A stretch of 64,000 nt of DNA from Gemmatimonadales bacterium (GTDB lineage: Bacteria > Gemmatimonadota > Gemmatimonadetes > Gemmatimonadales > GWC2-71-9), in assembly GCA_036279355.1 (NCBI GenBank), contig DASUJH010000020.1, positions 135,902-199,901 on the forward strand, given 5' to 3'. Of this stretch, positions 46,618 through 56,206 are shown piece by piece. Numbering within the stretch: the first letter of the stretch is position 1; every line of letters begins with the position of its first letter. The notes under the pieces were generated by a model. The model had not been told where the DNA came from. It saw only the letters and a list, made by a program, of their open reading frames with translations, and searched no databases. The position numbers and the translations under genes are program-made.

Positions 46618-49109
46618 GCCGTGAACTCCACGATGGTGACCCCAGCCCCCCCCTGATTCCGCGGGGCCAGCGCAAAGTTTGCCACCCGCCGGTCGCCCCG
46701 CACGGCGCCGTGCACCCGCTCCCGCAGCACTCCCGTACCCATGCCGTGAATGATGCGAAGAAACGGGTTTGCCGCCAGCACCGCGGCGTCGATCGCGGCG
46801 ACCGTGGCCGCCACCGCCTCATCTCCGGTCATCCCACGCAAATCGATTTCGAGCGCGGCCTCGACGACCTCGTCGCCGCGCCCGCCGGTGGCACGCGCCG
46901 CGTCGCGGGCCACCGCCTCCGCGGCGCGGCGGTCCTCGCGTCCACGGAGCGGCACCACGTGTTGCGGCTCGACGACCATGCGCATCGCTCCCGCGAGGAC
47001 GACGAGCCGCCCGTCCGCCCGGATCTCCACCACCTCGCCGACCGGCCCCGCGCCGACGCGCACCTGGCCGCCTACCTCGACGCGTGCCACCGCGCCGGCT
47101 GGGTCCGACGCCGCCGGGCCCGCACCTTCCTCCAGCGCCGCGAGCGCCTCGCCCTCCGCCTTCACGCGCTCCTCCAGGAGCCGGCGTGCCGCGCGGGCCC
47201 GCTCGTCGTCCGCCGCCTCGCGCGCCCGGCCCAACGCCTCCTCGACCCGCTCGCGCGCGTCGAGCAAGAATGCGCGTGCCTGCTCGCGCGCGCGGCGCTC
47301 GGTATCGCGCTCCCGGCGCGCCAGCTCCACGGCACGCGCCGTCTGCGCCTCCGCATCCGCTGCCAGCTGCGCGGCGAGCGACTCGGTCTCGGCCCGCAGC
47401 GCGGCCAGCTCGGTCTGGGCCGTTTCGAGCGTGCGCGCCCGCGCCTCTACGCTTGCCAGCAGCTCGTCAAGCGCTCGCTCACCCGCGGGTACCCGGCGCT
47501 CGGCGTCTGCCAAGACCTCGTCATCGATGCCGAGCCGCCGCGCGATCGCCAGACCGTAGGAACGCCCGGGCACGCCTTTCCGAAGCCGGTAGGTGGGCCG
47601 GAGCGTCGCGCCGTCGAATTCGAGCGAGGCGTTGACCACACCCGGCATCTGCGTCGCGAGATGCTTGAGCGCGCCGAGGTGTGTGGTGGCGAGGGTGAGC
47701 GTGCCGCGCCGCGTGAGTGCCGCAAGCGTCGCCGCGGCGAGTGCGCCTCCCTCCGCCGGGTCGGTGCCGCTCCCCACCTCGTCGAGCAGCACCAGCGTGG
47801 CGTCGTCCGCCTCGTGGAGGATGCGCCTCAGCAGGCTCACGTGCGCGCTGAACGTCGAGAGGCTCGCGGCGATCGACTGCCGATCGCCGATGTCGGCGTA
47901 GAACCGGCCGAACACCGGCAACGCGCTCTCCGCGCCCACTGGAGGCAGGATGCCGCTCTGCGCCAGCACGCATGCGAGCGCCACCGCTTTGAGCAGGACC
48001 GTCTTGCCGCCGGTGTTGGGACCGCTCACGAGCAGCGTGCGCTCCTCGGCGTTCAATTCGAGATCGAACGGGACCACCGGCTCAGTCCCCGCGAACAGCA
48101 GCGGATGCCGGCCGTTCCGGATTGCGAGCGGCGCCGGCGCCGCGGCCACTTCCGGCACCTCGCCCGCCGCGGCCACGGCCCAGCGTGCTCGTGCCACGAG
48201 GTCGTCGACCGCGATACACATCTCGTAGGCGTCGCGGATCAAGAGCCGGATCGGGCGAAGGAGTCCCGTGAGGTCGCGCAACACGCGGAGCTCCTCGCGC
48301 TCCTCGGCCACGGTCGCCTCGCGCAGCGCGTTGCCCAGCTCGATCGTCTCTGCCGGCTCCACGAAGAGCGTGCCCGCGCTCCCGGATTCGTCGTGCACGA
48401 TCCCGCCGGGCCGCGCGCGCGAATCGCGCCGGACCGGGATCACGTAGCGCCCGTTGCGCACCGTGACCGCGGCATCGTGCGAGCCGGCGCCGGCATCCAA
48501 CCCGCGCAGTATGGCCTCCAGCCGGCGGACCAGGCGCTCCCGGGCCGCCTGCACCTCACGTCGCGCCGCGGCGAGTCGCGGACTCGCCGTGTCGAGCAGC
48601 GTACCATCGGCATCGAGCGAAAGCTCGAGGCGCCGCACGACGGCGCCGTCGGGAATCGGGCGCAGCAGCGCCGCGGCGCGGGGCGCGCTCTCTGCCACGC
48701 GCGACAGGTCCGCGTGCACGAGGCCCGCTGCCGCGAGCGCGCGTCCAATGTCCAGCAACTCGCGGCCGTCCAGCACGCTCCCCTCCACCCGGAGCCGAGC
48801 GAGCGCGAGCCCCACGTCCGGCACCGGCTCCGCCGCGAGCGCGTCACCCCGGCGGAAGAGGCCTGCGACCTCCCCCACCCGGGCCAGCTCTTGGCGAATC
48901 CACGCGACGTCGTCGGTGGGCCGGCGCGCCCTCACCCGTGCGGCGCCGAGCGGACCCGCGGCGTGCGCCCCGACAAGCTCCAGCACCGCCGCCAGCTCCA
49001 TCGTCTCCAGCGCCTCGGCCGTTCCGTCGCCGCCCAAAGGCAACGGGGTGCCGGCGACTTCGCTCGCCGGCACCCCGGTATCGACTTCCTGCGTCCCTCG
49101 CGCAGTCAT
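46614..49109 (-). CDS. mutS2: Endonuclease MutS2 (MutS domain plus C-terminal Smr)
   Basis: The Walker A motif is LLVSGPNTGGKTVLLK, DEVGSGTDPAEG is present, and the C-terminal Smr domain reads EIDLRGMTGDEA...RIIHGMGTGVLR. Confidence 0.9.
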   Translation of the reverse strand: MTARGTQEVDTGVPASEVAGTPLPLGGDGTAEALETMELAAVLELVGAHAAGPLGAARVRARRPTDDVAWIRQELARVGEVAGLFRRGDALAAEPVPDVGLALARLRVEGSVLDGRELLDIGRALAAAGLVHADLSRVAESAPRAAALLRPIPDGAVVRRLELSLDADGTLLDTASPRLAAARREVQAARERLVRRLEAILRGLDAGAGSHDAAVTVRNGRYVIPVRRDSRARPGGIVHDESGSAGTLFVEPAETIELGNALREATVAEEREELRVLRDLTGLLRPIRLLIRDAYEMCIAVDDLVARARWAVAAAGEVPEVAAAPAPLAIRNGRHPLLFAGTEPVVPFDLELNAEERTLLVSGPNTGGKTVLLKAVALACVLAQSGILPPVGAESALPVFGRFYADIGDRQSIAASLSTFSAHVSLLRRILHEADDATLVLLDEVGSGTDPAEGGALAAATLAALTRRGTLTLATTHLGALKHLATQMPGVVNASLEFDGATLRPTYRLRKGVPGRSYGLAIARRLGIDDEVLADAERRVPAGERALDELLASVEARARTLETAQTELAALRAETESLAAQLAADAEAQTARAVELARRERDTERRAREQARAFLLDARERVEEALGRAREAADDERARAARRLLEERVKAEGEALAALEEGAGPAASDPAGAVARVEVGGQVRVGAGPVGEVVEIRADGRLVVLAGAMRMVVEPQHVVPLRGREDRRAAEAVARDAARATGGRGDEVVEAALEIDLRGMTGDEAVAATVAAIDAAVLAANPFLRIIHGMGTGVLRERVHGAVRGDRRVANFALAPRNQGGAGVTIVEFTA

Positions 49110-49546
49110 CCCGCCTTGAGCTCCTCGCGCACGATGCGGCTGATCACCTGCCCTTCGGCGCGCCCCCTGAACGCCGGCAGCACGACGCCCATCACCCGAC
49201 CCATGTCAGCCGCGCCGCCCGCGATTGCCGCGCGCACCGCCGAGCGGATTTCTTCCGGATCTACCTCGGGCGGGAGAAACTCCTCGAGCACCGCGATCTG
49301 GCCGCGCTCGGCCTCGGCCAAATCGTCGCGCTTGGCCGCCGCGTACTGGTCGGCTGCTTCGCGACGCAGCTTGATGCCCTTCCGGAGCACGTCCGCGACC
49401 TCGGCGTCGGTCGGCTCACGTCTCAGGTCGAGCGCGCGGTTCTTGAGGTTGGCCAGAATGGTCCCGAGCACGAGTGTCCGATCCTTCGACTGCGCCTTCC
49501 GCGACGCGACGAGCGCCGCCTGCAACCTGTCCGCGAGACTAGCCAC
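49106..49546 (-). CDS. GatB/YqeY domain-containing protein
   Basis: [59 protein letters not shown] is typical of YqeY. The GTG start overlaps the rpsU 3' end by 8 nt. Confidence 0.85.
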   Translation of the reverse strand: MASLADRLQAALVASRKAQSKDRTLVLGTILANLKNRALDLRREPTDAEVADVLRKGIKLRREAADQYAAAKRDDLAEAERGQIAVLEEFLPPEVDPEEIRSAVRAAIAGGAADMGRVMGVVLPAFRGRAEGQVISRIVREELKAG

Positions 49547-49736
49547 GGGCCACGCGCGGTCCCCGCCGGGTCTTCCGCATCGCGGCGCTCAGCTTCCTCT
49601 TGCGGCGCTCGCTCGGCTTCTCATAATGGCGGTGCTTGCGGAGGTCGGAGAGGATCCCCGCCTTCTCGCACTTCTTCTTGAACCGCTTGAGCGCGCGCTC
49701 GAAGTTTTCGTCGTCGTGGATGATCACTTCGGACAT
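49539..49736 (-). CDS. rpsU: 30S ribosomal protein S21
   Basis: The protein reads [48 protein letters not shown]. Confidence 0.95.
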   Translation of the reverse strand: MSEVIIHDDENFERALKRFKKKCEKAGILSDLRKHRHYEKPSERRKRKLSAAMRKTRRGPRVARG

Positions 49737-49791
49737 TCAGGTCGTCACCCCTCTCGGGCCCGGGCCGGGCCGGACAAGGTCCAAGGGCGCA

Positions 49792-49820
49792 AATCTAGAC
49801 CCCAAGCCAGCTTACGGCAA
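49792..49820 (-). promoter_or_regulatory. Candidate sigma-70-type promoter for rpsU
   Basis: The minus strand reads TTGCCG-N17-TAGATT, with -35 at 49820..49815 and -10 at 49797..49792, about 55 nt upstream of the rpsU ATG. It lies in the only sizeable gap (96 nt) of this part of the array. Confidence 0.35.
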
Positions 49821-49832
49821 GACGGCCGGACG

Positions 49833-50180
49833 TTAACCCGGCGGCCAGGTAAGCTTCCGGCCACCGAGGAGGTGCAGGTGCAGGTGGTTCACGCTCTGGC
49901 CTGCATCGGGCCCCGTGTTGGTCACGATTCGATACCCGCCCGCGTCGAGCCCGAGTTCGGTCGCGACCTCTGCCGTGAAGGCGAGGAGTCTGCCCAGCAG
50001 TGCGCGGCCCTCGGCACCCTTCGCATCTCGCACCGCGCCAACGTGGCGCGTCGGGATGACGAGGACATGGGTGGGCGCCACCGGGCGCGTGTCGCGAAAG
50101 GCGACCGCGTCGTCCGAGCGCTTCACCACGGCGGCATTTATTTCTCCCGATGCGATCTTGCAGAAGATGCAGTCATCCAT
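49833..50180 (-). CDS. HIT (histidine triad) family protein
   Basis: From ATG 50180 the protein reads MDDCIFCKIASGEI...VNHLHLHLLGG, which contains the HxHxHxx motif. Confidence 0.9.
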   Translation of the reverse strand: MDDCIFCKIASGEINAAVVKRSDDAVAFRDTRPVAPTHVLVIPTRHVGAVRDAKGAEGRALLGRLLAFTAEVATELGLDAGGYRIVTNTGPDAGQSVNHLHLHLLGGRKLTWPPG

Positions 50181-50898
50181 GTGGCACCCCTCCCGGTGAT
50201 ACCCCACCCACGCGCACGGCGGCGATGTGGGCCGCCACCGCAAGCGCTGCCGTCTCGAACCTGAGCGTCTCTGCGCCGAGGCGGACCGGGCGATACCCCG
50301 CCGCACGTGCGGCCGCGCGCTCCGCGTCGGTGAGACCGCCTTCCGGACCGACGATCACGGTGACGGTGCCATCGACACGCGGAGTGGCGGCGCCCTCCGC
50401 GTCGGCCAGCCAGCGCGCGCCGCCCGGCGCATCCGACAAGAACGTCGCGAGCGGCAGAGGGGCGTGAATCGCGGGCGCCCATGCCGCGCCGCATTGCTTC
50501 ACGGCTTCGAGCGCGCGCCGCTCGAGCCGTGTGACGCCCGCAGCCCGGAGCCGGCTCGCCACGGTCATCGCGCGCTCGGTCTCGAGCGGCACGATGTCGG
50601 TGACGCCGAGCTCGGTCGCCTTTTCCACCATCCATGCGAAGCGGTCGCGGTCGCCGGCGCCGACCGCAAGTCGGAGCGGCGGCGGCGGGGCCACACGTTC
50701 CGCAATGTCAACTTCGACTACGGTCCGGCGCCCCGCGAATCGCAGTGTGCCCTTTGCCACGAGCCCGCGTCCGTCGCGCACATCAACCCGCACATCGCCG
50801 TCTGCCCGCCGCACGCGCAGGTGATGCGTTTCGTCCGGGTCCAGCTCGATCGTTAAGCCCGGCGCCGCCGCAGCACCGGCCGCGACGAGCACGATCAC
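50173..50898 (-). CDS. rsmE: 16S rRNA (uracil1498-N3)-methyltransferase
   Basis: The GTG 50898 start overlaps the prmA stop as GTGA. ETHHLRVRR, MVEKATELGV, VIVGPEGGLTDAE and ETLRFETAAL blocks are present. Confidence 0.85.
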   Translation of the reverse strand: MIVLVAAGAAAAPGLTIELDPDETHHLRVRRADGDVRVDVRDGRGLVAKGTLRFAGRRTVVEVDIAERVAPPPPLRLAVGAGDRDRFAWMVEKATELGVTDIVPLETERAMTVASRLRAAGVTRLERRALEAVKQCGAAWAPAIHAPLPLATFLSDAPGGARWLADAEGAATPRVDGTVTVIVGPEGGLTDAERAAARAAGYRPVRLGAETLRFETAALAVAAHIAAVRVGGVSPGGVPHG

Positions 50899-51764
50899 GC
50901 GAGGCGGGCGGCGACCGCCCACCAGCCGGCGTCGGTCACCTCGGCCTCGGCGCGGAACCCGCGCTCCGCAAGCGCGGGCCGGAACAGCTCGGCCTCGCAT
51001 GCTTCCATGCCGGCGAAGATTGCGAGTCCGGCCCGGGGGGATCCGCCCGGCGCCAGCGCGGCGGAGACGGCTGGCAGAAGCGCGACGTTTGCGGTGCGCA
51101 GAATGTTGGCGACGATCAGATCGGCGGGCCCGAGCAGAGGCGCGAGGTCGCCCGCATCGCCCTCGACGAACCGCGTCCGCCCGGCGACGCCGTTCCGCGC
51201 CGCATTCCGCTCCGCGACCTCGTTCGCATCGGGATCACAATCGATGCCGATGGCGGACGCGGCGCCAAGCACGGCCGACGCGATGGCGAGAATGCCGCTT
51301 CCGCTCCCCAGGTCGAGCACCCGCGCGCCCGGATCCAGATGCCGATCCAGGAGCGCAAGCGCACTCCGCGTCGATCCGTGCTCTCCGCTGCCGAACGCGC
51401 TCTCCGGATCGATCACCACGAGAGGCCGCTCCCCGTTCAGGCCCCGCGCGGAGGGCGCCGAAGCGGCGGCGGCGAGCCATGATGGTGAAACGGTGAGCCG
51501 CCCGATCTGCCGGACGCCGAGCCCCTCGCGCCAGCGCGTGCTCCAGTCCACCACGTCGAGCGCCCGCCAGCTCGCCCCGGCGGCGCCTGTCTCCGCGCCG
51601 ACTTCCGCTGCGAGACGCACCGCCGTGGACTCATCCGCCGCGAACGCCACCATCACGCCGTCGTCGCGTTCCTCGACCGCGTGGCCGGTACGCGCGACCA
51701 GCCACGTGCAGACCGCGCCCCGGCGCTCGGGCGCGGTCTGCACGTCCACAGCCCACCAGGTCAT
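50895..51764 (-). CDS. prmA: Ribosomal protein L11 methyltransferase
   Basis: The ATG 51764 start overlaps the dnaJ stop as [20 protein letters not shown], the SAM motif [14 protein letters not shown] and ADLIVANIL are present. Confidence 0.88.
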   Translation of the reverse strand: MTWWAVDVQTAPERRGAVCTWLVARTGHAVEERDDGVMVAFAADESTAVRLAAEVGAETGAAGASWRALDVVDWSTRWREGLGVRQIGRLTVSPSWLAAAASAPSARGLNGERPLVVIDPESAFGSGEHGSTRSALALLDRHLDPGARVLDLGSGSGILAIASAVLGAASAIGIDCDPDANEVAERNAARNGVAGRTRFVEGDAGDLAPLLGPADLIVANILRTANVALLPAVSAALAPGGSPRAGLAIFAGMEACEAELFRPALAERGFRAEAEVTDAGWWAVAARLA

Positions 51765-52891
51765 GCGCCCAGTGCTTCCTTGAGCTTCGACCAGAACCCC
51801 GCCGACCGTTTGGGCGGCTCCCCCTCGAGCTTCGACAGCTCGCGGAAGATCCGGTCCTGCTCGTCCGTGAGTTTTTCCGGTGTCCAGACGTGGACCCGGA
51901 TCTTGAGATCTCCGACGCCATCGGTCCCGAGCGCCGGCAGTCCTTTGCCTCTGAGCCGAAGGATCGTGTTCGTCTGGATTCCCGCCGGCACCCGGACCCG
52001 CTCGTCGCCGTAGGGCGTCGGCACCATGAACTCGGCCCCGAGCGCCGCCTGGGAGAACGACACCGCGAGGTCGTGCACCAGATCGTTCCCCTGCCGCTCG
52101 AACCGATCGTCGTTCTTTACGTCGAGCATCACGAGCAGATCGCCGCTCGGCCCGTTGCGGAGGCCGGCGGCGCCCTGGCCACGCAGGGTGAGATAGTTGT
52201 TGCCCGAAACGCCTGGTGGAATCTCGACCGTGACGGTCCGGTCGCCCCGGAGCCGCCCCTCGCCGCGGCAATCCTCGCACGCGTCGAGGACCACCTGTCC
52301 GTCGCCCGCGCAGGTGGGACAGGGCGATACCGAGACGAACTGCCCGAACATGCTCCGCGCAGCCCGCCGCACCTCACCTGTCCCGCCGCAGGTCGCGCAG
52401 GTGCTCGGCCGCGTCCCGGGACGGGCGCCGGTGCCCTCGCAGGTCGCACACCGCTCGAGCGTCTTGAGCCGCACTGCTTTCTTGGCGCCGGTCGCGACTT
52501 CGTTGAGCGTCAGCTTGACCGTCACCCGAATGTCCTGCCCCCGCCGCGCCTCGGTACGCTGGCGGCCGCCGAAGATCGAGTCCAGCCCGCCCATCGCGCC
52601 GAAGTCGCGCATGAAGATGCTGAGCGCTTCCGCCAGGTCCACATGGTGGAATCCGAACCCGCCGCCCGCGGCACCGCCGACGCCCGCGGGGCCGTAGCGG
52701 TCGTAGAGGGCGCGCTTCTCGGGATCGCGCAGCACCTCGTACGCCTCCGCCATTTCCTTGAAGCGAGCTTCGGCGTCGGGCGACCGGTTCCGGTCGGGGT
52801 GGTACTCCATCGCAAGCTTTCGGTAGGCCTTCTTGATTTCGGCCTCCGACGCACTGCGCGTCACCCCCAGCAGCTCGTAGTAGTCGCTCAC
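51761..52891 (-). CDS. dnaJ: Molecular chaperone DnaJ
   Basis: The J domain reads [33 protein letters not shown]. There are four CxxCxGxG repeats: [24 protein letters not shown] and CEDCRGEG. Confidence 0.95.
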   Translation of the reverse strand: MSDYYELLGVTRSASEAEIKKAYRKLAMEYHPDRNRSPDAEARFKEMAEAYEVLRDPEKRALYDRYGPAGVGGAAGGGFGFHHVDLAEALSIFMRDFGAMGGLDSIFGGRQRTEARRGQDIRVTVKLTLNEVATGAKKAVRLKTLERCATCEGTGARPGTRPSTCATCGGTGEVRRAARSMFGQFVSVSPCPTCAGDGQVVLDACEDCRGEGRLRGDRTVTVEIPPGVSGNNYLTLRGQGAAGLRNGPSGDLLVMLDVKNDDRFERQGNDLVHDLAVSFSQAALGAEFMVPTPYGDERVRVPAGIQTNTILRLRGKGLPALGTDGVGDLKIRVHVWTPEKLTDEQDRIFRELSKLEGEPPKRSAGFWSKLKEALGA

Positions 52892-53928
52892 TCCAGCAGT
52901 CCTTCCAGCAATCGGCTGGTGTGCTCCACCAGCCCGATGATCTTGTCATATGGCATGCGCGTCGGCCCCATGACGCCGATCACGCCGCGCAGTCCCCCGG
53001 CGTCGTATGACGAGGTGACGAGAGTGAACCCGCTGAGCCGGGCGTCGACATTTTCACCGCCGATCGTGATCGAAAGCCCTGCGTTGCGCCGGCCCTCGAG
53101 CGCGCGGCGCAGCAGGTCGTGGCGCTCGGTCAATTCAAGCAGTCCCCGCATACCGCTGTTCGAGGCAAACTCCGGCTGCTCGGCCAGCATCTGCGCGCTG
53201 CCGAGCAGCACCCGCTCGCCGTTGGCATTGAGATCGAAGATTCCGTCGCGCTCTGCAATGAAGATGTTGAGGAGCTCGCGGCCGCCGGGCGGCGTGTCGG
53301 CATCGCGAAGGCGCTCGATCAGCGAGTCGCGCACTTCACGCAGCGTGAGCCCGGCCAGCCGGTCGTTGAGAATCTGCGTGACCCGCTGGATCGAGGCCGC
53401 CGGGAGCGACGCCGGCACCTGCACGAAGATCGTGCGCACGATGCCGCCCTGCAGGTTGAACACCAGCAGCAGCCGCTCGGAGGAAACCGCCACCAGCTCC
53501 AGCCGATCGAGCACGATGTAGTCGAATGCGGGAGCCACCGCGACGCCGAGCTCCTGCGTCAGAACGCCCAGCACCTGCGCCGCCCGCCGCAGGATCTCCT
53601 CCAGCGTGCTCCGCGCGCGCTGGGCCATCTCTTGCCGGATGGTCGCACGCTCTTCATCCGACGGCGGCGCCAGCCGCATGAGCCCATCCACGTACACCCG
53701 GTAGGCCCGGTCGGTCGGTACCCGACCGGCGGATGTGTGAGGATGAAAGAGGTATCCCTTATCCTCGAGGTCGCTCATGGTGCCGCGGATGGTGGCCGGA
53801 GACACGCCGAGCCCGAACCGGCGGGCAATGGTCTGGCTGCCCGCCGGTTCCGCGGTTTCGATGTACGTTTGCACGACGGCCTCGAGCACCCGGCGCTCGC
53901 GCTCGGTCAATTGTTCCGCGGGCGGCAT
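52888..53928 (-). CDS. hrcA: Heat-inducible transcription repressor HrcA
   Basis: The protein reads [66 protein letters not shown]. Confidence 0.93.
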   Translation of the reverse strand: MPPAEQLTERERRVLEAVVQTYIETAEPAGSQTIARRFGLGVSPATIRGTMSDLEDKGYLFHPHTSAGRVPTDRAYRVYVDGLMRLAPPSDEERATIRQEMAQRARSTLEEILRRAAQVLGVLTQELGVAVAPAFDYIVLDRLELVAVSSERLLLVFNLQGGIVRTIFVQVPASLPAASIQRVTQILNDRLAGLTLREVRDSLIERLRDADTPPGGRELLNIFIAERDGIFDLNANGERVLLGSAQMLAEQPEFASNSGMRGLLELTERHDLLRRALEGRRNAGLSITIGGENVDARLSGFTLVTSSYDAGGLRGVIGVMGPTRMPYDKIIGLVEHTSRLLEGLLE

Positions 53929-53937
53929 GCGTGAAAT

Positions 53938-55056
53938 CTAGACAGTCCCGCGACCGGTGGGAGTGGCCGCGACGAGCGCATCGAGTCGAAGCCACCCCTC
54001 GGCGGTGAGCCGGAGCCGATCGCCTTCGCGCACCGCCCAACCCGCCTCGACCCAAGCCGCCGCGTCGTCGGCTGCGATCCGGTTGGTGCTGATTCCCTCG
54101 CGCGTGCGCAGGCCCAGGTATAACTCCTCCAGCCGTACCGCGGCGGGGTCGAGCGACTCCCGACCGGCAACGGCGCTCTCGCCGCGGCCCAGCGCCGCCG
54201 CGTAGGCTGCCCACTCGCGCACGTTCCACCACCGCTCCGCGCCGATGCCGCTGTGCGCCGATGGCCCGAGGCCAACATACGGCGCGCGCCGCCAGTATGC
54301 ACTGTTGTGCCGGGCCCGGTGGCCCGGGCGGCCGGCGCTCGAGACCTCGTAATGATCCCAGCCCCTCGCCACCAGTGTCGAGTGCGCGGCGAGGTACTCG
54401 GCCGCGTAACTCTCGTCATCTGTAGGTCGCACCTGGCCGCGCGCCGTCCAGTGGGCGAGCGGCGTGCCGCCCTCGATGGTGAGGCCGTAGAGCGACAGAT
54501 GATCGGGCGCGAGCGCCAGCGCGGCATCGAGATCGCGGGCCCAGTCGCGCGTGAGCGAGGCCGGCAGGCCGAAGATGAGATCCAGCGAGAGCTCACCGAT
54601 GCCTTGCCCGCGCAGCACGCCGACCGCATCCGCCACCTGCCCCGCCGTGTGGGTGCGGTGCATCCAACGAAGCACCGCAGAATCGAATGACTGCGCGCCG
54701 AGCGAGACCCGCGTGATTCCGGCCTGCCGCCACGCGGCGGCGCGCTCCCGCGTCACATCATCCGGGTTCGCCTCGAGCGTGACCTCGGCGCCGGCATCGA
54801 GTCCGCGATCTGCGCGCACGCGAGCGAGGATGCGCGCGACGGCCCCGGGGTCGAGACGCGACGGCGTCCCGCCACCGAAGTAGATCGTCTGAACCCCGGG
54901 CGCCTCGGCCCACGCCGAATGCGCCCGGACGCTTTCCCACTCGACGAGCACCGCGTCGGCGTACGCCTCCGACGGTACGGTGCGCCGCACCGCGATGGCG
55001 AAGTCGCAGTAGCTGCACCGGCGCGCGCAGAACGGAATGTGAAAGTAGAGGTGCAT
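53938..55056 (-). CDS. hemW: Radical SAM family heme chaperone HemW / oxygen-independent coproporphyrinogen oxidase-like
   Basis: From ATG 55056 the protein reads MHLYFHIPFCARRCSYCDF (CxxxCxxC), followed by the IYFGGGTPS block. Confidence 0.88.
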   Translation of the reverse strand: MHLYFHIPFCARRCSYCDFAIAVRRTVPSEAYADAVLVEWESVRAHSAWAEAPGVQTIYFGGGTPSRLDPGAVARILARVRADRGLDAGAEVTLEANPDDVTRERAAAWRQAGITRVSLGAQSFDSAVLRWMHRTHTAGQVADAVGVLRGQGIGELSLDLIFGLPASLTRDWARDLDAALALAPDHLSLYGLTIEGGTPLAHWTARGQVRPTDDESYAAEYLAAHSTLVARGWDHYEVSSAGRPGHRARHNSAYWRRAPYVGLGPSAHSGIGAERWWNVREWAAYAAALGRGESAVAGRESLDPAAVRLEELYLGLRTREGISTNRIAADDAAAWVEAGWAVREGDRLRLTAEGWLRLDALVAATPTGRGTV

Positions 55057-55075
55057 GAGCGAAGCGGTGGCCCGA

Positions 55076-56206
55076 TCAGACCCGGCGGAAGAGTCCTCCG
55101 GACTCCCGCGCGACGACACCCGCGAGCTCGAGCGTCGAAAGCTGCACGAGCAGCTCGGCCACGGGCCGGCGGAGCCGCGCCGCCAGATCGTCGACGTACG
55201 CCGGCGCGGCGCCGAGCGACCCAGCGAGCGCGCGCTCGCCCTCGGTGAGCCCATCCGGCAGCGATGGCCGCCCCGGCTCCGTTTCGGGCGGCAGCACGAG
55301 CTCGGGCAGGTACTGCATCACGTCCGTGGCTTCGAGCAACGGCGTGGCGCCGTCGCGAATCAGCCGGTTGCAGCCTTCCGACGTGCGGCTCGTGATCGGC
55401 CCCGGCACCGCCACGACCTCACGACCCTGATCGAGCGCCGAGCCGGCCGTGATCAGCGCACCCGACCCCACCGCCGCTTCGACCACGACGACCGCGCGCG
55501 CCAGACCGCTGATGATGCGGTTGCGCCGCGGAAAGCTCCCAGCGTGCGGTCGCTCGCCCGGCGGAAACTCGGTCAGCAGCAGTCCCGCGGTTGCGACGCT
55601 CGCGTACAGCGCCTCGTTGGCGGCCGGATAGACGACACCGAGCCCGTTGCCAAGAACGCCGATCGTGGCACCGCCCGCATCGAGCGCAGCCTGGTGGGCC
55701 ACAGCATCGAGGCCCCGCGCCATCCCGCTCACGACGACCGCCCCGGCGCGCGCCACGACGCGCGCCACCGCACGGCATACCTCGGCGCCGTACCGGCTGT
55801 GATCGCGGCTTCCGACAATCGCGACGGCCGCTCGCGCGAGCAGCTCGATCCGGCCGAGTGCGAAGAGCATGAGCGGCGGTTCGGGAATGTTGCGCAGCGG
55901 AAAGGGATACTCCGCGTCGCTGGGTAGAATGGCGCGCCCGCCGAGTCGTGCTGCCGCGGCAAGCGCCGCCTCGCCCAGCTCGGGCCGCTGCCCCGCGATG
56001 GCCGTGGCAAGCGCTGGCGACACGCCCGCGATGCGGACCAGCTCGGCGCGCGGCGCTCGTCGCGCCGCGCGAGCGCTCCCGCACGCGCCGAGAAGCGCAT
56101 GCATCCGTGCCGCACCGACGCCCGGCGTCAGAGCAAGGGCGACGTAGGCGGCGCGCTCGTCTCGGTCCCCGACTCTGCGGTCCGTGCCTCGCTCACGAAG
56201 CTCCAC
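55076..56206 (-). CDS. dprA: DNA-processing protein DprA
   Basis: ALALTPGVGAARMHALLGACGS (N-terminal domain), IVGSRDHSRYG and SGMARGLDAVAHQAAL are present. GTG 56206 is the only canonical start upstream of the conserved N-terminus, and it gives a 79-nt overlap with obg. Confidence 0.85.
   Translation of the reverse strand: MELRERGTDRRVGDRDERAAYVALALTPGVGAARMHALLGACGSARAARRAPRAELVRIAGVSPALATAIAGQRPELGEAALAAAARLGGRAILPSDAEYPFPLRNIPEPPLMLFALGRIELLARAAVAIVGSRDHSRYGAEVCRAVARVVARAGAVVVSGMARGLDAVAHQAALDAGGATIGVLGNGLGVVYPAANEALYASVATAGLLLTEFPPGERPHAGSFPRRNRIISGLARAVVVVEAAVGSGALITAGSALDQGREVVAVPGPITSRTSEGCNRLIRDGATPLLEATDVMQYLPELVLPPETEPGRPSLPDGLTEGERALAGSLGAAPAYVDDLAARLRRPVAELLVQLSTLELAGVVARESGGLFRRV

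Noticed and set aside
53929-53937. I looked for a CIRCE operator (TTAGCACTC-N9-GAGTGCTAA) upstream of hrcA and dnaJ.
   Set aside because: The gap is only 9 nt, and I saw no CIRCE-like repeat in the adjacent sequence. I cannot exclude a copy elsewhere without a pattern search.
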